Shown: positions 41,618-51,321, numbered from the stretch's first letter. The stretch: DNA of 64,000 nt from Nitrospiraceae bacterium (GCA_050246315.1 JBFWWG010000006.1:64001-128000), one strand, 5' to 3'. Translations and numbers: made by a program. Notes: generated by a model from the letters alone, not told the origin.

Positions 41618-42954
41618 TGCGGGTCGAGGTCAGGCAGACTCGCGCTCGCCGGCTCTTGACCCGCCTGTTCACCTGCGTGCTACAGGCGGTTGATCCGTAC
41701 TTGGCAATCAGGGCCCATGCACGACGGCGCGGCTCGATCCTCTCCATCGATTCGGAACGGTTTGATCTCCGCCGCTATCGACGCATCGTGATCGCCGGAG
41801 CCGGCAAGGCCGCCTTACCCATGGCCCTGGCGATGGAGGACATGCTGGGCAAATATCTTGAGACCGGATTGATCGTGACGAAGTATGGACACGGAGGCCG
41901 CACTCGAAAGATCCAGGTCATGGAAGCGGGACATCCGGTGCCGGATCAGGCCGGAGTGGAAGGAACCACAAGGCTCCTTGACCTGGTTCACGGTCTGACT
42001 CGCAACGATCTGCTCCTGGTCCTGATCTCCGGCGGAGCCTCCGCACTGCTCCCTGCGCCTGCCGCAGGCATCAGCCTCAAGGACAAACAGGATACGACCG
42101 GTCTCCTCCTACGAAGCGGCGCGACGATTCAAGAGATGAACGCCGTCCGGAAGCATCTTTCCATGCTCAAGGGAGGCCAGCTTGCGGCTGCGACCAAGGC
42201 CCGCGTGGTCAGTGTCATTCTCTCCGACGTGATCGGAGACGACCTCGGCACGATCGGTTCCGGACCGACGGCTCCGGATTTCACCACCTATCGAGACGCG
42301 ATCCGCATTCTTCAGTCCTATCGGGTCTGGAGTCGGATTCCGACCTCGGTACGTCGCCACCTGACGCAAGGACGCCGGGGAGTCTTGAGCGAGACACCGA
42401 AGCCGGGAGCCTCGGTCTTCCGCCGCGTGACGCATCATCTGATCGGTAACAATCGCGCGGCCGTCGAAACCGCCAGCGCGGTCTGCTCGTCTGAAGGTGT
42501 CACGCCCCTTGTGCTCACCACTGAGCTGACCGGTGAAGCCAAGATGGCCGCCCGTTGGTTCGGATCGCTGGCCAGACAGGTGATCCTGCGCGGGCGGCCG
42601 GCGCGTCGTCCCTGTTGCCTGATCGCGGGCGGTGAACTCACGGTCACGGTCCAGGGAAAGGGAACAGGTGGTCGTGCCCAGGAATTCGCCCTGGCGGCGG
42701 CTAAAGAGATCGTCGGTCTCCCGAACGTCTATGTGGCGGGGTTCGGCACAGACGGTACCGATGGACCAACCGATGCGGCCGGCGCCGTTGTCGATGGTCA
42801 AACCGTGACGCGCGCTTCCAAGCGCAGGCTCAACCTCCCCCGCGCGCTATCCAACAACAATGCCTATCCCTTACTCAAATCCTTGAAGCAACTCGTCATT
42901 ACGGGTCCGACAGGAACCAACGTCAACGATCTCTACCTGCTGCTCGTGCTCTAA
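41617..42954 (+). CDS. Glycerate kinase type 2 (DUF4147/MOFRL)
   Basis: GAGKAA, EAGHPVPD, ISGGASAL, SDVIGD, GGELTV, GTDGTDG, GPTGTNVND. Confidence 0.92.
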   Translation: MRVEVRQTRARRLLTRLFTCVLQAVDPYLAIRAHARRRGSILSIDSERFDLRRYRRIVIAGAGKAALPMALAMEDMLGKYLETGLIVTKYGHGGRTRKIQVMEAGHPVPDQAGVEGTTRLLDLVHGLTRNDLLLVLISGGASALLPAPAAGISLKDKQDTTGLLLRSGATIQEMNAVRKHLSMLKGGQLAAATKARVVSVILSDVIGDDLGTIGSGPTAPDFTTYRDAIRILQSYRVWSRIPTSVRRHLTQGRRGVLSETPKPGASVFRRVTHHLIGNNRAAVETASAVCSSEGVTPLVLTTELTGEAKMAARWFGSLARQVILRGRPARRPCCLIAGGELTVTVQGKGTGGRAQEFALAAAKEIVGLPNVYVAGFGTDGTDGPTDAAGAVVDGQTVTRASKRRLNLPRALSNNNAYPLLKSLKQLVITGPTGTNVNDLYLLLVL

Positions 42955-42958
42955 TCCC

Positions 42959-45628
42959 ATGGGCGATTCTCCGCTCATACTCCCACTTGCCGCTTCGCTG
43001 GACGTTCCGCTGGTAGGAGGTAAGGCGGCTGCCCTCGGGCGACTAATCCGACACGGTTTCCGGGTACCTCTTGGCATCTGTCTCACAACCGCCGCCTACG
43101 ATGCGCTCTGCGACAAGGCCGGACTCGACGCCGAAGCCAGATGGCAGGAAGCACTTCGTGCAATGGAGGAGGACCGGTCGAGGGTCCTAACTGAATGCCG
43201 TGAGATCATCCTGCGCCACGATCTCCCGGAGGAAGCATCGTCCCAGCTCAACGGCGAACTCCGCCGAGAGGCTTGGGGTGGGACAGATTGGTGGGCAGTC
43301 CGCTCATCCGGCACCACCGAAGATCAGGCCTTCCAGAGCATGGCGGGGCTGTACGACACGGCGCTCGGGGTCTCATCCATGAATCTGCGTCAGGCCATCC
43401 TCCAACAATGGGCCAGTCTTTGGAGCGAGCGGGCGGTGGACTACCTCTTGCGGGCAGGCGGTTTCGCACGCGCTCCCAAGATGGCGGTGCTGCTCCAACC
43501 CATGATCTCGGCAAGGGCAGCGGGCGTTCTCTTTTCTCGCTCTCCCCTCAAGCCACAACACAATATCGTCCTGATCAATGGAGTCCCCGGACTCGGCTCC
43601 TCTCTCGTCGCCGGGACAATCGCACCGGATGAGTATGTCGTGGCGGAGGAAGGCGACCGATGGTTTGTTGCAGAACGACGTCTTCAAGCGAAGAGGCAGG
43701 CCTTACGGATGGGAGAACGGGGGTTGATTCAGGAGACGATCGAGGATGCGGCCGCCACCACCTCGACGCTCACGGACCAGGAATTGCTGGAATTAGCCGC
43801 AACAGGGAGAGCGGTGGAAACGGCCATGGGGCATGCGGTGGATATCGAATGGGCCTTCGACGATAGCGGCCTCTGGCTGCTCCAGGCCAGACCGATCACC
43901 GCAAGGGTCCGCGAATCCAATCCCACAGGCCGGTTCGTAGAGAGCGACGGAGGGCTGGCTCGGCCGCTATTGAGTGACGCAAAGAGCATCTGGTCGCGCG
44001 CCAACTTCAAGGAAACGCTTCCGGACGTTCCGAGTCTGCTGAGCACCTCCTTTCTCCAAGAATACATGGAGGACAACATCCTGATCCATTATCGTTCGCT
44101 GGGATGCATCATCCCACCGGACCTGACGCCGGTTCGCGTCATCCAAGGCCGCCCGTTCATCAATGTCACCCTCTTTCAATCCTTGATCGCTCAACTCGGA
44201 GGAGATCCGAGAGACGTGACCGAACAAATGGGGGGACAAGCGACGGTGTCACCTCAGTTGCCGGAACGGCTCCCTCTCGGGAAGATGATCCGGGCCGGTT
44301 TCCTCGTCGAGTGGAGAATCCGCCGGGCTATCCGCACAGCCCCTTCCTGGTTTGCCAAGATCAAACAGCTTGCCGCCACGACGGCGAGAGAAGCCCGGGA
44401 GTATTCCAAGCTTCCAATGGAAGCGCTATTGCAACGATTGCAGTCGCTCGGGAATCTCTTGAAGCAGCGCGACCTGACCTTCGCGATCGTCGCGGGCGTC
44501 GGACAGGGGCTCCAAATCTTGGGCACGTTGCTGCCCGGCGCAATCGGCTCGGACTGGCGCCCGCTGTTGAACCGAGCCTTGCAGGGTCAGGGCACCATCA
44601 TCAGCGCCGACCAGATCGAACGGATTCAGCAACTCGCAAGGGTCGCGGCGCAAGAACCAGCCGTCCGCGACTTCCTCCGGCATGAACGGACCGATTGGGG
44701 CGAGGTCCGGAGCAGGTTGCCCGGCACCGCCTTCCTCCGGGGATTCGAAACCTTTCTCGATGAGTATGGTCACCGGGGCATCGGTGAGAGCGATTTTGCG
44801 GCCCCGCGTCATGCGGACCGCCCGGACTATCTCCTAACCGTTATCCGGAACCATCTCCAACTCTCGGCACACCAGGAGCCTCAAGCTCTACCGGCTCGTC
44901 ACGCGCGGGGACGCCGTGAGGCCGTACGAGAGATTCGCCGGAGATTGGGACGGCGGTTGGTTCACCGACTCCTGTTCCAGTGGGCCTATCGACGCCTCAC
45001 CCGTTGCCTCTCGCTGAGAGAAGGCAATCGTCATCACGTCATGCACTTTTCAACCATGGTACGGGAACTCATGCTGGCCATCGGCGATCGGCTCGTCACG
45101 GCTGAAAAGCTTGAACGGCGGGAGGATGTGTTTTTCCTCACCGCCCAGGAGATCAGGACATTGGACGCCGATGCATCACAAGATTGGCGGCCGGTAGTGA
45201 ACCGGCGACGTGAGGAGCGACAGACCCATCTGCAGGCCACGGTTCCGGATCTGATCGAACCGGACAGCGCCATGCACGGCCAGGGACTGCCGAGCAGGGA
45301 CTCGGCTGAGATTCTGCGGGGCATTCCCATCTCCACTGGTCGGGTACGGGGTCCCGCGCGGCTCATTCGATCATCCGATGATCTGCGGACCGTCCAGCGA
45401 GGCGATATCCTGGTCGTGCCGGTCATCGATCCCGGGCTTGCCCCGCTGTTCGCCCTGGCCGGTGGCTTGATTGCCGAGATGGGCGGCACCCTGTCTCACG
45501 GAGCCATTATCGCCCGTGAGTACGGCCTCCCCACCATTGCCAACGCTCGCGACGCCATGCAGATCATTCAAACCGGGGACCTCCTGGACCTTGATGTCGA
45601 GCATGGCGAGGTGCGACGGGTTCGATAG
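42959..45628 (+). CDS. PEP-utilising phosphotransferase with RPH-like architecture (ATP-grasp, central helical domain, His swivel)
   Basis: GGKAAAL, VRSSGTTED, DIEWA..LLQARPIT; EYGHRG; C-terminal GGTLSHGAIIAREYGLP. Confidence 0.88.
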   Translation: MGDSPLILPLAASLDVPLVGGKAAALGRLIRHGFRVPLGICLTTAAYDALCDKAGLDAEARWQEALRAMEEDRSRVLTECREIILRHDLPEEASSQLNGELRREAWGGTDWWAVRSSGTTEDQAFQSMAGLYDTALGVSSMNLRQAILQQWASLWSERAVDYLLRAGGFARAPKMAVLLQPMISARAAGVLFSRSPLKPQHNIVLINGVPGLGSSLVAGTIAPDEYVVAEEGDRWFVAERRLQAKRQALRMGERGLIQETIEDAAATTSTLTDQELLELAATGRAVETAMGHAVDIEWAFDDSGLWLLQARPITARVRESNPTGRFVESDGGLARPLLSDAKSIWSRANFKETLPDVPSLLSTSFLQEYMEDNILIHYRSLGCIIPPDLTPVRVIQGRPFINVTLFQSLIAQLGGDPRDVTEQMGGQATVSPQLPERLPLGKMIRAGFLVEWRIRRAIRTAPSWFAKIKQLAATTAREAREYSKLPMEALLQRLQSLGNLLKQRDLTFAIVAGVGQGLQILGTLLPGAIGSDWRPLLNRALQGQGTIISADQIERIQQLARVAAQEPAVRDFLRHERTDWGEVRSRLPGTAFLRGFETFLDEYGHRGIGESDFAAPRHADRPDYLLTVIRNHLQLSAHQEPQALPARHARGRREAVREIRRRLGRRLVHRLLFQWAYRRLTRCLSLREGNRHHVMHFSTMVRELMLAIGDRLVTAEKLERREDVFFLTAQEIRTLDADASQDWRPVVNRRREERQTHLQATVPDLIEPDSAMHGQGLPSRDSAEILRGIPISTGRVRGPARLIRSSDDLRTVQRGDILVVPVIDPGLAPLFALAGGLIAEMGGTLSHGAIIAREYGLPTIANARDAMQIIQTGDLLDLDVEHGEVRRVR

Positions 45629-45656
45629 ACCGCCGACTGTTGAAATCGAGCCTGCC

Positions 45657-46892
45657 TCACCCAATGCGCACCCGCCTCGTGATTTGGCCATTGCTCTCCC
45701 AATAGGTTCGCTTGTGAGCGATCACGGGATCACTCATCGCCGGTTGAACATGCCCCTCTCGGTCGATGGCGCGTGAGGTGATCCGATGCTCCCCGGACGG
45801 CGCCGTCCAATCCAGATGCCAAAACTTCCAGGCATAGTCATGATCCTGACCGCGATCGATCGTGGCCATGAGCCAGGGTCCGTCGTCGATCTGCACCTCG
45901 ACCCGCTGGATCGGCGCTCCCCAGGCCGCGCCTTCGATCCGATACTTGCCGTTCTGGGCGAGCACCCGGGCCGGAGCCGATTTGATCAGAGACCGCCCGA
46001 CGGTCTTCTGACTCCAGACCGTCTCGCCATTCGACCTGCGCTCCTCGCGAATCGTCACATAGTCCTTGCTCATGAACCGCCCGGCCCATCGTTGATCGAT
46101 GACCTCGATGCGAGTCAGCCATTTCACGTTGGCCACACCGTACCAACCTGGGACGATCAATCTCACGGGGTAGCCGTTCAAATGAGGCAACGGCTCTCCA
46201 TTCATCTCGTAACAGAGGAGCACGGAGGGTTCCAACGCCTCCGGTACGGAGAGACTGCGGCTGAAGCTTTGCTTCATCTTGATCTCGCGGACCTCATCCT
46301 CTCCCTCGTCGGCCCCGAAGAAGGCCACATCCACCGCGCGGCCCTTGATCCCGACCTGCTTGAGGATCGGAGACAAAGGCGTGCCCGCCCACTTCGCCGT
46401 CCCGATGCCTCCGGTGAACCATTCGAACCCGTGATTGCCGGCGCATTCCAGAGTAAAGACAACCTCCTGCCGCGGCAACGCCTTTAGCTGATCGAGCGTG
46501 AACGTCACAGGGCGATCGACCAGGCCGCCAATCGTCAGCCGCCAGTCTTCGGCCCGAATCTGAGGCCGGCTATAGTGCGCGACCGTAAAGAAGTCCTTGG
46601 CAGGCGTGATCCAGGACGTCGATCGTTGCCAGTCATGCTTGTTCAGTTCGCCATAGGCCTTGATGGCCTGTTCCGGAGCATCAGGAGGCTGGTCAAGAAA
46701 CGGGACGAGCTGCGGCCCTTCCTCCGCCCGGGCATGCTGGAACGACAGCGGAGAGTTCATCAGGGCCAACAAGGCCAAGGCCGAGCTTCCCTGGGCGAGG
46801 AATTCGCGTCTTGAAAAGGAACGAGGTTGACCGCTTGTCACCGTTTCCCAATCTTCGTCTTGCTTCATTGTCCGAGCGTCTTGATTGGCCAT
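45657..46892 (-). CDS. Tat-exported sulfite oxidase family molybdoenzyme (SoxC/SorA-like)
   Basis: SRREFL twin-arginine motif; LECAGN Mo-ligand Cys; MNGEPLP..GYPVRLIVPGWYG..VKWL; dimerisation domain; SD AAAGGAGG. Confidence 0.88.
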   Translation of the reverse strand: MANQDARTMKQDEDWETVTSGQPRSFSRREFLAQGSSALALLALMNSPLSFQHARAEEGPQLVPFLDQPPDAPEQAIKAYGELNKHDWQRSTSWITPAKDFFTVAHYSRPQIRAEDWRLTIGGLVDRPVTFTLDQLKALPRQEVVFTLECAGNHGFEWFTGGIGTAKWAGTPLSPILKQVGIKGRAVDVAFFGADEGEDEVREIKMKQSFSRSLSVPEALEPSVLLCYEMNGEPLPHLNGYPVRLIVPGWYGVANVKWLTRIEVIDQRWAGRFMSKDYVTIREERRSNGETVWSQKTVGRSLIKSAPARVLAQNGKYRIEGAAWGAPIQRVEVQIDDGPWLMATIDRGQDHDYAWKFWHLDWTAPSGEHRITSRAIDREGHVQPAMSDPVIAHKRTYWESNGQITRRVRIG

Positions 46893-46951
46893 CTGTGATC
46901 CCTCCTTTAATCCATGGTCAGTCGAACAAGCATGGCGGTGGACCCTACGTT

Positions 46952-47113
46952 CTATGACCGAATCAGCGAATCCATAAGATAGAGCAGCGCCGGCGCGAGG
47001 AGCCAGAGCAGTCCCTTCACGAGAAAGAAGGTAAAGCCTGCAAGGCCGGCTCGTTTCATCCACTGACTTCCCTGTCCGGTCTGTGCATGGGTAAGGCCCA
47101 GTGAGTTCCACAT
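46952..47113 (-). CDS. Small membrane protein (53 aa, FFLVKGLLWL motif)
   Basis: Strong SD AAAGGAGG before ATG 47113; hydrophobic C-terminal half; within operon. Confidence 0.65.
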   Translation of the reverse strand: MWNSLGLTHAQTGQGSQWMKRAGLAGFTFFLVKGLLWLLAPALLYLMDSLIRS

Positions 47114-47175
47114 GACCCTGCCTCCTTTGCCGTGGCGCAAGGGGAGCACTGCGCGCCGTGCCCCTTTCCATCTCG

Positions 47176-47946
47176 TTACACAACCGACGCCGAGCGAGGC
47201 TGCATCTCCGCCGTGACGGAACGGCTGAAGTTCGGCACGAGCATCGGCACCCGTTTACGATACTCGGCATAGGCTTGGCCGTGTGCACCCACCAAGTCGC
47301 GTTCCTCGAATCGAATGGCAATTAGAATATAGGCCGTGGTCGCCAGCGCAAAGACCAGGTGAGCCGCCGTCATGGTCGGCGTCGCCCAGAAGGTGAACAG
47401 CCATCCGACGTAGAGCGGGTGCCGCACGTACCGGTAGAGTCCGGGCGTCTTGAAGGTCAGCGGCGTATAGTCCTCCTCTCGGAGATACATCCATACCTGC
47501 CGCAGGCCGAACAGGTCAAAATGGTTGATCAAGAAGGTTGCCACCAAGACCAGAAGCCAACCGCCGGCAAAGAGGCCATAGAGGACCGCTCGACCGACCG
47601 GATGCTGCACATCCCACAGTACCCCGCCCATCGGCTGCCAGGCATGAAACAGCAGGAGCAATGCCGCGCTTGAAAACAATACATAGGTGCTCCGTTCGAT
47701 CGGCTTCGGCACGAATTTGATCCACCAACGTTTGAAACCCGGTCTGGCCATGACGCTGTGTTGGATTGCAAAGATACCCAGTACCAACAGGTTGATCAGC
47801 AAAGCCTGGCCGAGAGGTCGTTGCGGCTCTCCGTCGATTGTCTGCGCCACGGCGATGTTTCCAATGAACGCGATCGCATAGAGAAGTGTGGCCAGAAACA
47901 TGACATACGAGAAGATTCCATAGCTGAAGGCGAGTATCCGGTTCAT
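47176..47946 (-). CDS. mddA: Methanethiol S-methyltransferase
   Basis: FAIQHSVMARPGFK, IERSTYVL, WQP, TFLINHFDLFGLRQV, YRYVRHPLY, WATPTMT, EERDL. Confidence 0.85.
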   Translation of the reverse strand: MNRILAFSYGIFSYVMFLATLLYAIAFIGNIAVAQTIDGEPQRPLGQALLINLLVLGIFAIQHSVMARPGFKRWWIKFVPKPIERSTYVLFSSAALLLLFHAWQPMGGVLWDVQHPVGRAVLYGLFAGGWLLVLVATFLINHFDLFGLRQVWMYLREEDYTPLTFKTPGLYRYVRHPLYVGWLFTFWATPTMTAAHLVFALATTAYILIAIRFEERDLVGAHGQAYAEYRKRVPMLVPNFSRSVTAEMQPRSASVV

Positions 47947-48003
47947 GGCACGGTCTCCTTTCTATTTGACTTCGTGTGGGTGAATGCCGCCGAGATCGGT
48001 AGT

Positions 48004-48579
48004 TCATCCCGCCGTTGACCGTTGCACCTCAATCGAGACCGACACGGGAACGGGATTCGACACGATATCGAAGACCGGTGAATAGGTCGTCAATTGCTGC
48101 AACTCGTCGACCGGTGCATCGGATGCAACCTGAAAGTGCACTCGAATGTTCTTATAGCCGGGCCGGACCTTGTCTGAGATCCCCAGAAACCCTCTCAGGT
48201 CAAGGTCGCCCTCCAGGCGCGATTCTACCGAATCAATCCTGATGCCGCAGGCCGCGGCGTGGTAGACCATCGACGTGGTTAAACAGGCGGCCAGGGCATG
48301 CAGGACCAATTCCACCGGATTCGCCCCTTGATCCTTCCCGAGCAACACCGGGGGTTCGTCCGCATCGAGAACAAACGCCGTGGCACGCGTCCTGTCCTCC
48401 TCACCTGCTCCATAGAAACCTTGAATCGTCGAGCGATTGTGGCCGCCCTCGATCCATCGGTTAGCCGCGCGGAATTGAAAGGTGGCCAGGCTCGGCTGTT
48501 GCCGCACCGCCTCGACCGTCTGGCCCAGCCGGGCCACATCCACTCCGTTCACTGTTTGACTGACAATGCGTTGTGACAT
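48004..48579 (-). CDS. OsmC family protein
   Basis: VNGVDV, ADEPPVLLGKDQGANPVE, LAACL, LEGDLDLRGFLG, SPVFD; SD AAAGGAG. Confidence 0.88.
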   Translation of the reverse strand: MSQRIVSQTVNGVDVARLGQTVEAVRQQPSLATFQFRAANRWIEGGHNRSTIQGFYGAGEEDRTRATAFVLDADEPPVLLGKDQGANPVELVLHALAACLTTSMVYHAAACGIRIDSVESRLEGDLDLRGFLGISDKVRPGYKNIRVHFQVASDAPVDELQQLTTYSPVFDIVSNPVPVSVSIEVQRSTAG

Positions 48580-48665
48580 GATAGATTCTCCTTTGTGCGT
48601 CTGCTGGTTGATCATCATCCGGCGGAACAACCATTGGTCCGCCGATCGACAGAGTGCTTCCCAAT

Positions 48666-49097
48666 TCATGCGAGCAGACTGCGCAATGCCGGATCTCCTG
48701 CGCCGGCACAGGGCGAGAGTCCTGTCGGAAACGAGAAGAAGGTCCGGCGTACCAGGTCCAGTGACCAGGGTTCGGACCGGTTCCACGGAGCCAGCGACAT
48801 CGTCCTGGCCAAGAAGCAATAGCTGAACAACACCCGCGCGCTGGTGCCGATGAACTGGAGGACGTGAATCCAGATGAGCGGAGACCAGAGCCCGGCGATC
48901 AACAGGATGAGATACGCCAGTCGCACCTGCACCAAGAAGCTGATGGAGCTGCCGGTACGCACCGTGAAGTGGACGATCTGGACGATACAGAGGGCAATGG
49001 CCATCCAGATAGCCGGGGTCCAGCCTGACAACCAAGCGGCAAGCAGGAACACCGTCGCCAGCCAGTATCGCCATCCAAGGTCTCGAACCGGTTCCAT
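48666..49097 (-). CDS. Hypothetical membrane protein
   Basis: Four hydrophobic segments, QVRLAY and YCFLARTMSLAPWN; SD AAGGAGG. Confidence 0.75.
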   Translation of the reverse strand: MEPVRDLGWRYWLATVFLLAAWLSGWTPAIWMAIALCIVQIVHFTVRTGSSISFLVQVRLAYLILLIAGLWSPLIWIHVLQFIGTSARVLFSYCFLARTMSLAPWNRSEPWSLDLVRRTFFSFPTGLSPCAGAGDPALRSLLA

Positions 49098-49143
49098 GGC
49101 TTCCTCCTTCCTGACGTAAGATTCGATCGACAGTACGGGTATG

Positions 49144-49159
49144 AGCACGATCGATGCCA
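49144..49159 (-). promoter_or_regulatory. Sigma54 (-24/-12) promoter
   Basis: Minus strand TGGCATCGATCGTGCT with exact GG-N10-GC spacing, ~47 nt upstream of ATG 49097, next to a sigma54 activator gene. Confidence 0.7.
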
Positions 49160-49368
49160 TCAGGAGCTCTCAGCTATTGTCCTTCTTAAGCAAAGGGTTA
49201 TGAAATCCACGCTAAGGCACTTCGATACGTGGGAATTCGCAATTCATGAAATCTCGCGAGGTGTTTGCGAGAATTCACGAATCCCTGTTGGTGAGACGAT
49301 GGAAGAGACAATCCGACGAATCGGGATAAACGGTATGGACTGTAAGCAGAAGGGTCCGGTGGACCAGC

Positions 49369-51321
49369 CTACGAAACGGAAGGACGTACGATACCCAGGG
49401 CTTTCATGCGGGAGGCCAAGGTCGATGGATTCACCCCGAGGAGCCTGGCGGCCCCCTTGTCGCCAGAGACTTTCCAATCGGCGGTTTCCAGCGCGCGAAG
49501 AATATTCCCCCGCTCGATCTCAACCAGCTCTTTCATGGTCCGTATGGGAAACCTGCTTTCATCCCCGCGGGCTGGCAATTCGTCAACAGGAGAGGGCGCG
49601 GCTAACGGTAGCGCGCGCTCCAGATTCAGCCGTCCGTCACAGGCCGTGATGACCGCTCGCTCGATGACGTTTTGGAGTTCCCTCACGTTGCCCGGCCAAC
49701 TATAGGCCTTTAATTGGCGCTTGGACTCGGGAGCCAACGGTGCGATCGTCTTCCCCATCCGCTGGGCTACGCGCTGCGCGAAGCACTGGGCGATGCTGAT
49801 CACATCGTCGCCCCGGTCACGGAGCGGCGGCAGTGAAATCGGGAACACGTTCAAGCGGTAGAACAAATCCTCTCGAAACTTGCCCTCACGCACGGCCCTT
49901 GCCAGATCGCGGTTCGTCGCAGCCAGCACCCGCACATCGCTCCGTTTCGTGTACGAGCTGCCGACCGGCTCGAACTCGCCCTCCTGAAGGACGCGCAGCA
50001 GCTTTCCCTGGAGATCGAACGGCAGCTCACCGATCTCGTCGAGAAAGATCGTTCCCTTGTCCGCCAGCGTAAACCGCCCTTCGCGCCGCTTGGTCGCACC
50101 GGTGAACGCCCCCGGCTCATGCCCGAAGAATTCGCTCTCGATCAGCGACGACGGGATCGCCGCGCAGTTCACCGTAACCAGCGGTCGCTCGCGCCGCCGA
50201 CTGGCCTCGTGAATCGCGCGCGCGATCAGTTCTTTTCCGGTCCCCGTCTCCCCCATGATCAGCACGGTCGCATCCGTTTCAGCCACCTGCGCCACATCCC
50301 GGAGCACATGCCGAAGCGAGGCGCTCTCCCCGATGATCGCGTCGTACTGTTGCAGCGCCTTCAATTCCTCGCGCAACAACTCGGTCTCGACCGTGAGCGA
50401 TCGGATCTTCCGCTCGGCTTCGAGGCGCTCGTTCACATCCCGCAGAATCAGCGTGTAGAAGGTCCGGCGCCGCAACTCGAACTGCGACAAGGTCGCTTCG
50501 GCCTGGAACTCCGCCCCGGCCGCACGCCTGGCCGTCAACCCACCCGCGATCCAGAGCGATCGCCGGCCTTCCGGCATGGCACGCATCTGGTCAATGAGCT
50601 TGGTGAGGGTCCTCGCACTCTCGACTGTCAGCAAGGCGGACACGTGCCGGCCGATCATATCCAGCCCCGTTTTCGAAAAGATGTCCTCGGCCGCCGGGTT
50701 CAACCGCGTCACCGTCAGGGCGTCGTCCAATTCGATGATCGCATCCAGCGCACTCCTCACCAGACTGGATAATTTCTCCTCCCGTTCTCGGACCTGGGCC
50801 TCCGAACGGAGACGCCGGAGTTCCGCCGCGGCGCGCGCCGAGAAGATGCGAAAAATGGCGTGGATGCGTGGTTCTTCCGGAAGAGGGCGCCGGTCAATGA
50901 CCGCCAAATGCCCGAGGATCGTCCCATCCGTGTCCTCCAGCGGCACGCCCATGTAGCTCACCGCGCCGATCGCAAGCACGTCCGGTTCGTTGGGATAGAG
51001 CTCCAACAGCCGATCGGGGAGATGCACCAATTGCTTGGTATCGATCACGCGCTCGCAGGGCGACCCCGCGATGTCCACTTCATAATTCTGCACCCATTGC
51101 CCGTCCATCCAGAAGGCCAGGGCGCGCAGGCGGCGTGTCTCCGCAAAGTATTCCGTCACCCAGGCACCGTGAGTATTCAGCGCCAGAGCCAGGTTCTGAA
51201 CCAACGCCTGGAAAAACTGCTCGCCGGTTTCGGTCGCGGTGCCTTCAAGAATCGCTCGTAAGGCTAGGTCTGCCTGGAGACCATGAAGCGGAGTATCCGC
51301 AGAAGGGCTGGACATATCCAC
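49369..51321 (-). CDS. Sigma54-dependent transcriptional activator (GAF-PAS-AAA+-HTH, FhlA-like)
   Basis: GETGTGKE, ESEFFGHEPGAFTGA, FLDEIGE, WPGNVREL, GAARLLG HTH. Confidence 0.93.
   Translation of the reverse strand: MDMSSPSADTPLHGLQADLALRAILEGTATETGEQFFQALVQNLALALNTHGAWVTEYFAETRRLRALAFWMDGQWVQNYEVDIAGSPCERVIDTKQLVHLPDRLLELYPNEPDVLAIGAVSYMGVPLEDTDGTILGHLAVIDRRPLPEEPRIHAIFRIFSARAAAELRRLRSEAQVREREEKLSSLVRSALDAIIELDDALTVTRLNPAAEDIFSKTGLDMIGRHVSALLTVESARTLTKLIDQMRAMPEGRRSLWIAGGLTARRAAGAEFQAEATLSQFELRRRTFYTLILRDVNERLEAERKIRSLTVETELLREELKALQQYDAIIGESASLRHVLRDVAQVAETDATVLIMGETGTGKELIARAIHEASRRRERPLVTVNCAAIPSSLIESEFFGHEPGAFTGATKRREGRFTLADKGTIFLDEIGELPFDLQGKLLRVLQEGEFEPVGSSYTKRSDVRVLAATNRDLARAVREGKFREDLFYRLNVFPISLPPLRDRGDDVISIAQCFAQRVAQRMGKTIAPLAPESKRQLKAYSWPGNVRELQNVIERAVITACDGRLNLERALPLAAPSPVDELPARGDESRFPIRTMKELVEIERGNILRALETADWKVSGDKGAARLLGVNPSTLASRMKALGIVRPSVS

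Noticed and set aside
42959..45628. Calling this gene ppsA or a rifampin-resistance gene
   Set aside because: Domain order excludes PpsA, and substrate-pocket identity to RPH cannot be judged by eye
46893..47321. 143-codon N-terminal extension of the sulfite oxidase ORF
   Set aside because: Overlaps mddA and the small ORF; SD and Tat signal support the start at 46892
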